From Acidobacteriota bacterium (GTDB lineage: Bacteria > Acidobacteriota > UBA890 > WLXD01), in NCBI GenBank assembly GCA_965248695.1, contig CBDFKD010000002.1, positions 128,001 through 192,000 on the forward strand: DNA of 64,000 nt, written 5' to 3'. This document shows positions 1 through 9,084 of the stretch, piece by piece. The position numbers and the translations under genes are program-made. The notes beneath the pieces are model-generated. The model ran no database searches, was not told the DNA's origin, and saw only the letters and a list, made by a program, of their open reading frames with translations. Every line of letters begins with the position of its first letter. Positions within the stretch are counted from its first letter, which is position 1.

Positions 1-1013
1 TCAGTGCCTCCGGCACCGGGCTCAGTGAGCTCCGCACCAGGCTCAGCAAGATCGGCACCGGCCTCAAGAAGCTCGACACCAGGTTCAGTGGTCTCGACAA
101 TCGGTGATACCGGGCGGCGCGGGGCGGGCGGCGTGGCCAGCGGCGAGTCGGGGGCCACGGAGGCAGGCATCGTCGCCCGCCACTCCCCCGGACGCGACCC
201 GATCGAATCCGCCAGCGCGGCGGCAAACGCTCGACAGTCCGAGAACCGGTCGCCGGGGTCCTTGGCGAGAGCCCGGCGAACGACCCGATCCACCTCGGCA
301 CCGAGACCGGCCACGCGTACCGGCAGCGCGATCGGCTCCATGTAGACGGTGGCGAAGAGGTAGTCCAGCGAGCTGACGCCCTCGAATGGCGTAGCGTTAC
401 CGAGCAATCGATAGGCGATCACGCCGATGGCGTACTGATCCGACAGCGCACTCACTGGAGCCCCGCTAATCAGTTCGGGCGCCATATGGCTGACCAGGGG
501 TTCCGGGAACTCCTCCTCGAGAAGCCGAGGCCCCAGCACACCGACCAGAAACGGGTCCGCGAACTTGACCTTGCCCGACGGTTCGATGAAGACGTTCGAC
601 AGCTTGAGGTTGGCGTGAACGAAACCGCGTGCGTGAAGCTGATCGACACCCTCAGCGACCGCCAGCACAAGCTCGGCTACTCTCAGCGGCGAGATCTCCT
701 CATCCGCCTGAACATCGGTCAACGTCGGCGCGTCTACGAACTCTGCCGCGACCCAGGCGCGGTCCCGTTCGAGCCCCAGGTCGAGGAGCGGGACGAGCGT
801 GTCGCCATCGCACGCGGCAGCCTTTCCGAAAACCGCCTGCACCTCGTCGAACAGCTGCTGTGCGGCGAGCGGATGGCGGCTGCGCGGCGCAAACAGCTTG
901 ATCGCTACGCGACGCTGAGTACGCGTATCGCGCGCCCGCCACACTTCCCGACCCGCTCCGTCGCCAATCAGGGCAAGCAACTCATAGTGCCCGCAGCGCG
1001 GCAGACGACTCAT
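1..1013 (-). CDS. Ser/Thr protein kinase-like protein, probable pseudokinase (runs off left edge)
   Basis: Not in the ORF track; translated by hand from ATG at 1013 (alternative ATG at 1025): YELLALIGDGAGREVWRARD...RVAIK...FVHANLKLSNVF...KFADPF...HMAPE...SDQYAIG...ALAKDPGDRF. The frame is open to the window edge. Confidence 0.85.
   Translation of the reverse strand, partial: MSRLPRCGHYELLALIGDGAGREVWRARDTRTQRRVAIKLFAPRSRHPLAAQQLFDEVQAVFGKAAACDGDTLVPLLDLGLERDRAWVAAEFVDAPTLTDVQADEEISPLRVAELVLAVAEGVDQLHARGFVHANLKLSNVFIEPSGKVKFADPFLVGVLGPRLLEEEFPEPLVSHMAPELISGAPVSALSDQYAIGVIAYRLLGNATPFEGVSSLDYLFATVYMEPIALPVRVAGLGAEVDRVVRRALAKDPGDRFSDCRAFAAALADSIGSRPGEWRATMPASVAPDSPLATPPAPRRPVSPIVETTEPGVELLEAGADLAEPGAELTEPGAGGT
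3..87 (-). repeat. Imperfect 21-bp (7-aa) tandem repeat inside the pseudokinase C-terminal linker
   Basis: Translation gives EPGVELL-EAGADLA-EPGAELT-EPGAGGT-E... Confidence 0.7.
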
Positions 1014-1280
1014 TTCAACCGGCATCCTAGACTTTCGATCAGAATCCACGCCATTCTCCAATATCCTCGGTATCGAGCCTGCCGCCAGGGCGCTGCTGAG
1101 GCAAGTGGTGTACCCGTTTGTCCTCCAAGGGCACGTCCAGACACGGAAACCGAGTGACAGACGCGGCCGCCAACTGTCACAGAGCGTCGGTGCCGTACCA
1201 CACCGACGCGAATCACCGATCGAAGATCGCCGCATCGGCTACAATCCCCCGGTCCTGGATTCCTGGTAACCGCGAGCACC

Positions 1281-2030
1281 ATGCCCGATTCCTCTGATTC
1301 GTCGTCGGCGCCCGTCGACGTTGGCTACTACACGTTGGTCGGAAGAGTCCGCGACCACAACGAGGACTCGTTGAAGGTAGACCGCGATTTGGGGCTGTTC
1401 ATCGTTGCCGACGGGATGGGCGGTCACAACGCCGGCGAGCGCGCCAGCCACCTGGCCGTCGAGGTGCTGCACGAGTTCGTCGCCGAGCACGCGGACGGTG
1501 TCGTGGGCGCGGCAGAGTTGACGCGCGCTTTCCACCGCGCCAACACCACGATCTATGACGAGTCGATCGAGCACGCCGAACGCAGCGGTATGGGAACGAC
1601 GCTGACGGCGCTTTTCCTCGACGGCGGTTCTTACCGCGTGGCGCACGTCGGCGACTCGCGCGCCTGGCTCATACGTGACGGCGTCTCCCGCCAGATTACC
1701 GACGACCATTCGGTGCTTGCCGAGCAGGTGCGCCTCGGTGTGATAACTCCCGAGGATGCCGCCCGGCATCCAATGCGCAACGTGCTCACGCGAAGCATCG
1801 GCAACACTCCCGATGTAGAGGTGGACGTGATCGAGGGCGAGGCGCGAGCCGGGGATATCTGGGTACTCGGCACTGACGGAATGACTCAGGTCATAGACGC
1901 CGAGCGCATCGGCGGATTCGCGTCCGGCGGTGCCAACGCCGAGCAGACGGCACGCTCGATTGTCGATACTGCGTGCGCCGAGGACGGCACCGACAACGTC
2001 ACGGCGGTCGTCGTGCGCTGTTCGGCCTAG
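1281..2030 (+). CDS. PP2C-type Ser/Thr phosphatase (PrpC/Stp1 family)
   Basis: Motifs RDHNED, VADGMGGH, MGTT, HVGDSRAW, TDGM and DNVT are present. Confidence 0.93.
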   Translation: MPDSSDSSSAPVDVGYYTLVGRVRDHNEDSLKVDRDLGLFIVADGMGGHNAGERASHLAVEVLHEFVAEHADGVVGAAELTRAFHRANTTIYDESIEHAERSGMGTTLTALFLDGGSYRVAHVGDSRAWLIRDGVSRQITDDHSVLAEQVRLGVITPEDAARHPMRNVLTRSIGNTPDVEVDVIEGEARAGDIWVLGTDGMTQVIDAERIGGFASGGANAEQTARSIVDTACAEDGTDNVTAVVVRCSA

Positions 2031-2051
2031 CCAGTTTCCGCCCGCATCAGG

Positions 2052-3704
2052 CTATTCCGTCGACCCACCATCGACGACCGGGAGCGGGCTCGCTCCGTCG
2101 CGCTCCAGCCGCGCGCGGATCTCCTGCGAGAGCACCTTGAAGTCCACTCCCAACCTGCGCGCGGTCTCAGTGGCCATCGACGTCCCAGCAACGCCGGCGA
2201 CGAATTGATACGTCGAGTCACCGCCTTCAATGTCGACCTGCAGAAAGTCGAGGTGAGGTAGGGTTCGCTTCTCCTCGAGGTTGCGCGCCAGATCGAGAAA
2301 ATGCGTCGTGATGAAGGCGCGCGGCGAGAGCTCGCTGAGCAGCTCCAGAACCATCAGAACGATCTCGGCCGCCTCGGAAGGGTTGGTACCGGAGCACAAC
2401 TCGTCGAGAAGGACCATCGATCTTGGTCGGATGTGCTGAAAGAGCGTCCGAATGCGCACCAGTTCCTGCCCCAACCGTCCCTCGAGCTGGTCGGCGGAGT
2501 CCGTCTGCACAACCGAGGCAAACAGCCCGCTGCGCAGCGGCACACAAGCCTCTTCAGCGGCGACATAGATACCCGACTGCGCCATCAGCTGTACGAGCCC
2601 GAGGCCCTGCAACAAACGGGTCTTGCCCCCCGAGTTGGGTCCCGTCACGACGGTGATCGACTCGTCGTGGTCGCTGCTCTCGGCGACGTCGCACGCCACC
2701 GGCGGCGCATCGTGCCTCAGCAGCAGCGGGTTGAAGACCTGACGCAACCGCAAAGGACCGCTTTCGGCCACCGTTGGGATGCACACGTCGAGCCCTTGCT
2801 TGCGGCAGTTGTCGGCGAAAGCGCGACTGGTCAGATAAAACTCCAGATGGCCGACGAGCGTCAGAACACGCGCCAGTGATGGGGCGATACGCTGGTACAC
2901 ATCGATGATGACGCGATTGACCATCTCGCGAGAGCTGAGGTTGTAGCCGCGCCAGTAGGTGCCGAAGAGCTCGCGCCAGCGACGCCATGCCGACTTGTAG
3001 AAGCGGTTGCCGCGCGCTTCCTCGAAGTCCTCGATCTGCAGTTTCTTGATGCGGCCGTCAGCGCCGAGCTGCAATGACACGTTCACCGAGGCGATGTTCT
3101 CCTCGTAGGCGAGCAAATCGGTGAGAATTCGATAATCACGCGTCGCCTGGATGCCGAGACCCGCCTCGTGGATCCGACTCAATCCTGACGAACACTCCTC
3201 GAAGTCGCTCACCATCATGGTGATGACGTCGCGCGCCTGTCCGAGCATGCGAAGTCGATGCGGGGTGTTGTCGATCGTCCGGACAGTGTGCGCCGACTTG
3301 ATCAAATCGAGTAGAGCGATCAGCTCGACATACAACCGCTCCGTGCGATCGCGAACATCGGCATCGTTTTCGAGCTCGCGCAGAATTGCCTGTCGGAAAT
3401 GGACCGTTTTCAGATCAACCGGTGGACGCGCCAGTACCCATTGCAGGAATTCCGGGTGCGCGTGGTAGTCAGTGCCACCGATTTCGATACGCGATGTGTC
3501 CTCCACGAACTCGGTGAGGAAGACGTCATCGGCAAACAGCGCCGGATCCCACGGCGACGCCTGCAGAGGCGACGTACCGATGTTCTCGTGGATTCGCGCG
3601 GTCTCGTTTGAGCCGAGAAACGCCAGCTCGAGCAGATCCTCGAGCAGCTCGTTATCAGGGTAGGCGCGCTGCCGGCCATGCAGCAGATCGGGTATCGGAA
3701 TCAT
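2052..3704 (-). CDS. MutS-related protein (MutS ATPase domain V, no mismatch-recognition domain)
   Basis: Walker A TGPNSGGKT, GRLGQEL, Walker B LLDELCSGT and ITTHF; only 550 aa long. Confidence 0.85.
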   Translation of the reverse strand: MIPIPDLLHGRQRAYPDNELLEDLLELAFLGSNETARIHENIGTSPLQASPWDPALFADDVFLTEFVEDTSRIEIGGTDYHAHPEFLQWVLARPPVDLKTVHFRQAILRELENDADVRDRTERLYVELIALLDLIKSAHTVRTIDNTPHRLRMLGQARDVITMMVSDFEECSSGLSRIHEAGLGIQATRDYRILTDLLAYEENIASVNVSLQLGADGRIKKLQIEDFEEARGNRFYKSAWRRWRELFGTYWRGYNLSSREMVNRVIIDVYQRIAPSLARVLTLVGHLEFYLTSRAFADNCRKQGLDVCIPTVAESGPLRLRQVFNPLLLRHDAPPVACDVAESSDHDESITVVTGPNSGGKTRLLQGLGLVQLMAQSGIYVAAEEACVPLRSGLFASVVQTDSADQLEGRLGQELVRIRTLFQHIRPRSMVLLDELCSGTNPSEAAEIVLMVLELLSELSPRAFITTHFLDLARNLEEKRTLPHLDFLQVDIEGGDSTYQFVAGVAGTSMATETARRLGVDFKVLSQEIRARLERDGASPLPVVDGGSTE

Positions 3705-3734
3705 TCGCTGATGCTAGCAGGCCCAGACCAGGGG

Positions 3735-4694
3735 CTAGTGGCCTGTAACCGGGGACTCGATGGCGTCGCGCAGCACCGCGGCCTCGCCGCGCTCGTTGAT
3801 CAGACGCTGTATGTAGGCCACCAGCTCGCCCCGTCGGGAGATCAATGTCTCGAGCTGGGGGGAGTTGAGATACTCCCGCACCGCAGACCGAATCTCGTCG
3901 TCCGTCAGCTGTTGCAGAAGGGCCCACGAGGCACGCGAACAGGAAGCGAACTTGTCGGCGTCCCGCAGGTCGTCGTGTTCCTGGAAAGCACGGGTGTGAT
4001 CGATCATCCACAGCTTCCAGTCGGCGTCGAACAGCAGATTCCCGGTGTTTCGGTCATCGTTGAAGATCAGCGTGTCGAACAACCGCATCGCGTTCATCTG
4101 GCGGATCCAGGTCCGGGCCACCGGTGGCTCGATCCCCTGCTCCAAACGGTCGGCTTCCGACAACCCCCCCTCGACCCAGAGCTGCACGCTGGCGGGCCGC
4201 CCGCGGATCATGCGGCAGACCGTCGGGGGCACGTTGTCGAGACGAAACAGCCGCGCCAGCGCGTAGGCGGCACATTGGCCCTTGTAGCTGTCGTGATAGA
4301 AGCGGAAGCGCCGCCCGAACATGCGTAGGTTGCGCCTGGCCTCGTCGATGGTGTGCACCGCCGCCCGGGCGCTGACGCCACCGCGGTCCAATACGGCACG
4401 CTGAAGCCCCGTCGTGCCGGCTCCGAACGCACGCACTGAAGCCACTTCTGCCTGCTGCAGAAACTCGACCGCCTCGGCATGGCTGCGAAACGGCAGCGCT
4501 TGGCCGTCGGCACCTCGCCACAGGGGCGACGCTTCGACTTCGCCTTGCGAGCCCGGCATGCCCACCGTTCGTGGCGCCCGCCCCGGCGCCAACGGAGCCG
4601 CCGCTGGCTTCCCCGACGTCACGACCGTGCCGACAAGAAAGGCCGCAACGAAAAGCGCCGGACGCCGGCCGGGCCAGGGAGGAAGGGTGGTCAT
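3735..4694 (-). CDS. Secreted atypical kinase-fold protein (PI3/PI4-kinase/HipA-like catalytic motifs)
   Basis: ATG at 4694, hydrophobic N-terminal signal-like segment, AAYALARL...VPPTV, FDTLIFNDDRNTGNLL and WMIDHTRAF. Confidence 0.7.
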   Translation of the reverse strand: MTTLPPWPGRRPALFVAAFLVGTVVTSGKPAAAPLAPGRAPRTVGMPGSQGEVEASPLWRGADGQALPFRSHAEAVEFLQQAEVASVRAFGAGTTGLQRAVLDRGGVSARAAVHTIDEARRNLRMFGRRFRFYHDSYKGQCAAYALARLFRLDNVPPTVCRMIRGRPASVQLWVEGGLSEADRLEQGIEPPVARTWIRQMNAMRLFDTLIFNDDRNTGNLLFDADWKLWMIDHTRAFQEHDDLRDADKFASCSRASWALLQQLTDDEIRSAVREYLNSPQLETLISRRGELVAYIQRLINERGEAAVLRDAIESPVTGH

Positions 4695-4819
4695 GCGATC
4701 CTCGTCGAACAGAGGTCGGGAGTCTAGCAGGCACGCCGCCAGCGGAGAGGTCGCACGAACCGACCCCGCCACAGCGCTCCGCACCGAGTAGCCGGTGACG
4801 CCCGTGTTTGCACCGCCCT

Positions 4820-4849
4820 TTGACAAATCGCGGTAGCCTAGGCTAAACA
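4820..4849 (+). promoter_or_regulatory. Putative sigma70 promoter with an internal 12-bp palindrome
   Basis: TTGACA (4820-4825), N18, TAAACA (4844-4849); perfect palindrome TAGCCTAGGCTA at 4834-4845; GAGGAGG RBS before ATG 4891. Confidence 0.45.
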
Positions 4850-4890
4850 CGAGAGATCTTCGGTCCCCGAGTCGAGGAGGTACCCATCTC

Positions 4891-6057
4891 ATGCCATTTT
4901 CGCGTCGCGCGCTGTTCGGCGGCCACGCTGCAGCCGGCAGCGGCCCGTCGGGTGCGCTGATCGCTGCTCGTGGCCGTGAAGCTCTGGTCGACGAGCTCTG
5001 GCCCAACTCCCGAGATGCGGCGGTCGTGCCGCCGCCGCCGAACGGCGAGATCCGTCTGAGCAGCAATGAGAACCCGCTGGGGCCCGGCGAACGAGCGCTC
5101 GACGCGGTTCGAGAAGCGTTCCACGACGCCAGCCGATACCCCGACAACACCAGCCCGGGCATGTCGGATCTACAGTCCGCCCTGGCTGCGGCCAACGACG
5201 CCCGCCCCGAGCACGTGGTGCTCGGCGCCGGATCGGGGGAGTTCCTCAAGAACGCCGTCCAGGCGTTCACCTCCAAGACCCGGCATCTGGTCACCGCGAC
5301 TCCGACCTATCGGAGGTCGGAGCAAGTGGCAAGGTACCTGGGAGCCGCAGTAAAGGCGATTCCAGTCGACGCCAGCGGCCAGCTGAACCTCGGCGCGATG
5401 GCAGAAGCGTGTCGCGGAGCCGGGCTCGTCTTCGTGTGCAATCCGAACAACCCGACCGGGACGGTGCACTCGGCAGAAGCGATCGCTGAGTTCACAGAGC
5501 GCGTGCGGCACATTTCGCCGGACACGGTGATTCACTTCGATGAGGCCTACCACGAGTACGTTACCGACCCCGGCTACCGCTCAGCTCTGTCGCTGGCACT
5601 GTGGACACCGAACGTCTTCGTCACCCGCACATTCTCAAAGGTGTACGGGATGGCGGGGCTGCGTATCGGCTACGCCGTAGGCCACCGCGAAGTGATCGCC
5701 GAGCTGTCACGTTACGGATTGCCGGTCAACACCAACAACGTCGGCCTTGCCGCGGCCTACTCGACGCTGCACGATCCGGGGCGCTTGGAGCGCGAGATCA
5801 AGCGCAACGCCGAGGCCCGGCAATTCACCGTCGACTTCTTCACGAACGGTGGCTATGAGGTGCTCGAGTCCAACGCGAATTTCATCTTCGTGAATATCCG
5901 CCGGCCGGCGGCGGAGATGCGTAGGGCCTGCCAGGAGCACGGCATCCGCATCGGTCGGGACTTCCCGCCGATGGAAAAGACCCACGCGCGGATCTCGATC
6001 GGGACCATGGAAGAGATGCAGCGGGCCACCGAGGTATTCACCGAGGTGCTGGCATGA
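4891..6057 (+). CDS. PLP-dependent class I/II aminotransferase (HisC family) with SRR N-terminal motif
   Basis: LSSNENPLGP, CNPNNPTG, DEAYHEY and the PLP-lysine motif RTFSKVYGMAGLRIGY. Confidence 0.92.
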   Translation: MPFSRRALFGGHAAAGSGPSGALIAARGREALVDELWPNSRDAAVVPPPPNGEIRLSSNENPLGPGERALDAVREAFHDASRYPDNTSPGMSDLQSALAAANDARPEHVVLGAGSGEFLKNAVQAFTSKTRHLVTATPTYRRSEQVARYLGAAVKAIPVDASGQLNLGAMAEACRGAGLVFVCNPNNPTGTVHSAEAIAEFTERVRHISPDTVIHFDEAYHEYVTDPGYRSALSLALWTPNVFVTRTFSKVYGMAGLRIGYAVGHREVIAELSRYGLPVNTNNVGLAAAYSTLHDPGRLEREIKRNAEARQFTVDFFTNGGYEVLESNANFIFVNIRRPAAEMRRACQEHGIRIGRDFPPMEKTHARISIGTMEEMQRATEVFTEVLA

Positions 6058-6083
6058 GCGCGGCGCCGAGGGAGGACAAGGCG

Positions 6084-7241
6084 ATGACGGTTTCACGACG
6101 CGGGTTCGTCAAGCGGGTGGGCGTCGGCTCCGCCGCGGCGGCGATGATGGCGTACGACGGGCCGCGATCCCTGGCACGAGCCTGGTCGCTTTCGTTGCCA
6201 GAGGATGAACGACCGGTGTTCCTGCATTACAACGAGAACCCGCTCGGCCCCGGCGGCCACGCGCTCGAGGGTCTGGAGACCGGTATCACCGCCGGTAGCC
6301 ACCCGACGGCGCGCTACAGCATCAGCACCAACGCCTTAGTGGACGCGATCGCCAAGACTCAGGGCGTGCCGCACGACAACATCCTCATCGGCAACGGCTC
6401 CACGCAGGTGCTGCGAACCGCGACGCACGTATTCACCTCACCGACCCGGCCATTGGTCACCGGCGCGCCGTCGTACGGCGAATGCTCCGGCTATGCCGAG
6501 CTCATCGAGACGCCGGTCGAGTACGTCCCGGTGGATGCTTCGATGCGCCTCGACCTCGACGCCATGGCCGACGCGGCGCGAGGGGCCGGCCTGGTGTTCG
6601 TCGACAACCCCAATAACCCGACTGCGCAGCTGCACAGCGCTGAGGCCATCGGAGCGTTCATCGAGCGCGTCATGAGCGAGTCGGAGGCCGTGATCCTCAT
6701 GGACGAGGCGTATCACGACTACGTCACGGATCCCGGCTACCAGTCGGAGATAACTCGCGCCGTCAACAACAAGCGGCTCCTGGTGGCGCGCACTTTCTCC
6801 AAGGCCCACGGCATGGCCGGGATGCGTATCGGCTACGGTGTGGCGCACGTCGACACCATCGAGGCCATGAGCGAATGGCAATACGGCCTGAGCCTCAACG
6901 TCCTGGCCATCGCCGGTGCGACGGCATCACTACTGGATGCGGCCCACATCGAGGCGGAGCGCGCCCGCAACACCGAGGTTCGCCGCTTTACCGTCGACTG
7001 GTTCAAGTCGCACGGCATCCACCTCACCGAGACGCAGGCCAACTTCTTGTGGGTGCGTACCGGCGTACCGGCGGCCGACTTCCGCAGCGGCTGCGCCGAG
7101 TACGGAATCCTCGTGGGGCGGGACTTCCGGCCGTTCGAGGGCTCCTGGGCGCGCATCTCGCTCGGTACGATGGAAGAGATGCAGCGCGCCACGGAGGTGT
7201 TCGGACGCGTACTGAAGGTCGAGAAGGTAGCCGCCGCGTAG
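6084..7241 (+). CDS. PLP-dependent class I/II aminotransferase (HisC family) with Tat signal peptide
   Basis: GGAGG RBS then MTVSRRGFVKRVG..AAAA; NENPLGP, NPNNPT, DEAYHDY and RTFSKAHGMAGMRIGY. Confidence 0.92.
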   Translation: MTVSRRGFVKRVGVGSAAAAMMAYDGPRSLARAWSLSLPEDERPVFLHYNENPLGPGGHALEGLETGITAGSHPTARYSISTNALVDAIAKTQGVPHDNILIGNGSTQVLRTATHVFTSPTRPLVTGAPSYGECSGYAELIETPVEYVPVDASMRLDLDAMADAARGAGLVFVDNPNNPTAQLHSAEAIGAFIERVMSESEAVILMDEAYHDYVTDPGYQSEITRAVNNKRLLVARTFSKAHGMAGMRIGYGVAHVDTIEAMSEWQYGLSLNVLAIAGATASLLDAAHIEAERARNTEVRRFTVDWFKSHGIHLTETQANFLWVRTGVPAADFRSGCAEYGILVGRDFRPFEGSWARISLGTMEEMQRATEVFGRVLKVEKVAAA

Positions 7242-7276
7242 CGTAGCCGCCGCCACCAGGCGATCGGGAGCTCCGG

Positions 7277-7816
7277 ATGCTCAGCATAGGTCGGCCGGCC
7301 AACGGGCCCTCTTTGCGTGCGGCAGTGTCGATGCTGGTGGTGCTGACCTCACTGCCGGCCACGGCCAGCCTCGGAACCGCCCCGACCGGGCTGAGTGCGG
7401 CCTCCGATGCCCTCATCGCGACTCCCGCTGGGGTGAACGGTGAGCCACCTCAACGTGAAGCTTCGGGCGACACCCGATCGACCCGCGACGGCGTGTTCTC
7501 CAGTCGTGAGGCGTCGCGTGGGCGAGTTCTCTACGACCGCGTCTGCGCCTACTGCCATGACGCAGCCGAGTTCGGCCCTGACTACATGATCAACTGGGAC
7601 GGGCAGCCGATCGGGGCACTCTACGACTTCATCCGCATGACCATGCCGGAAGACAATCCAGGCGATCTCAGCCGCAGACAGTACGCCGATGTCGTTGCCT
7701 ACATGCTACGGATCAACGGTGCGCCGGCCGGGGAGCACGACCTGGGACACGACGCCGGAGATCTCGACCAGGTCCTGATCGAGGGTCCGTTCGACGAGTC
7801 TCGCAATCCCCGCTGA
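7277..7816 (+). CDS. Monoheme c-type cytochrome
   Basis: Signal-like N-terminus, CAYCH heme motif, candidate distal Met in MTMPEDNP. Start codon uncertain. Confidence 0.85.
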   Translation: MLSIGRPANGPSLRAAVSMLVVLTSLPATASLGTAPTGLSAASDALIATPAGVNGEPPQREASGDTRSTRDGVFSSREASRGRVLYDRVCAYCHDAAEFGPDYMINWDGQPIGALYDFIRMTMPEDNPGDLSRRQYADVVAYMLRINGAPAGEHDLGHDAGDLDQVLIEGPFDESRNPR

Positions 7817-8033
7817 CCCGCTTCCGGTACTGCGCTGACGCGGGCGTTCGGCGGATCACTGCTGCGGCCACGGAACTGCGCCGTCCGGATCCAGCGGACC
7901 GAGACCCTTGTGGACGACTCGGCTGCGAGCCTCCAAGCGTCAAGGCGACTCCGGAGCCCTGAACGGTTAGGATTGCGTCGCGCCCGGCGCCGCCACAGAC
8001 AGCGTGGCGCCATCACGCCACGGAGGATCCTCA

Positions 8034-9062
8034 ATGACCCGCTCGGCTCGCCTCGGTTTCGGCCTCTTGATCGTCCTGGTGGCCACGGGGGCACTGGCCA
8101 ACGTCGTTCCGCAGAACAATTCCCCCAACCCCTACCGCACTCTCGATGGGGTCTGGGGCCAGTTGCCCGACAGCCGAACCTGGGGCGCCACCAGTGCTGT
8201 CTACCCAGACGTCGATGGCATCAATATCTGGGTCGGCGAACGGTGCGGCGCAAACACCTGTGTCGGCACCGACATGGACACGATCTTCCTTTTCTCGCCG
8301 GACGGCGAGTTGCTCAAGAGCTTCGGCGGCGATGGCCTGTTTGCCTGGCCGCATGGCATGCACGTGGATGCCGACGGTAACGTGTGGGTCACCGACGCGG
8401 TCGGCTTCGGAGATCAACCCGAGGGTCTCGGGCACGTGGTGTACAAGTTCAGCCCCGACGGTGAGCTGATGATGACCCTGGGCAAGAAAGGCGTTGCCGG
8501 CGACGGCGAGGACACGTTCCGCCAGCCGTCAGACGTTCTGGTGGCCCCCAACGGCGACATCTTCGTTGCCGACGGACACGGCGCCGGCGGCAACAATCGC
8601 ATCGTCAAGCTGTCGAGCAACGGAACCTTCATCAAGGAATGGGGACAGACCGGCTTCGGTCCCGGTGAGTTCAGAGATCCTCACGCCCTGGCGATGGATT
8701 CGCAGGGCCGGCTATTCGTCGGCGATCGCGGCAACGCCCGCCTGCAGATCTTCGACCAGGACGGTACCCATATCGCTACCTGGACGCAGTTCGGGCGTCC
8801 CAGCGGCCTGTTCATCGATGCCGACGACATGCTCTATTCGGCCGATTCGGAATCCAACGCGCGCGCCAACCCGGGTTGGAAGCGGGGCATCCGAATCGGC
8901 AGCGTGACCGACGGATTCGTGACCGCCTTTATCCCCGATCCCGAGCCCGATCAGGACGGTACGGGCACAAGCGCTGCGGAGGGTGTCGGCGTCGACTCCG
9001 CCGGAAACGTATACGGAGCCGAGGTCGGACCGCAGGCAATGCGCAAGCACGCCAAGCGTTGA
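8034..9062 (+). CDS. Secreted NHL-repeat beta-propeller (peptidyl-alpha-hydroxyglycine lyase-like)
   Basis: GGAGG RBS, signal peptide, and NHL repeats WPHGMHVDADGNVWVTD, PSDVLVAPNGDIFVADG, PHALAMDSQGRLFVGDR. Confidence 0.88.
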   Translation: MTRSARLGFGLLIVLVATGALANVVPQNNSPNPYRTLDGVWGQLPDSRTWGATSAVYPDVDGINIWVGERCGANTCVGTDMDTIFLFSPDGELLKSFGGDGLFAWPHGMHVDADGNVWVTDAVGFGDQPEGLGHVVYKFSPDGELMMTLGKKGVAGDGEDTFRQPSDVLVAPNGDIFVADGHGAGGNNRIVKLSSNGTFIKEWGQTGFGPGEFRDPHALAMDSQGRLFVGDRGNARLQIFDQDGTHIATWTQFGRPSGLFIDADDMLYSADSESNARANPGWKRGIRIGSVTDGFVTAFIPDPEPDQDGTGTSAAEGVGVDSAGNVYGAEVGPQAMRKHAKR

Positions 9063-9084
9063 CGCCGGATCGGGCGGCGAGCGG

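Noticed and set aside
4828-4846. DtxR/IdeR box assignment for the palindrome
   Set aside because: It matches only 13/19 of the consensus as I recall it, with a different symmetry centre, and no metal-uptake genes lie downstream. Kept only as a generic operator candidate.
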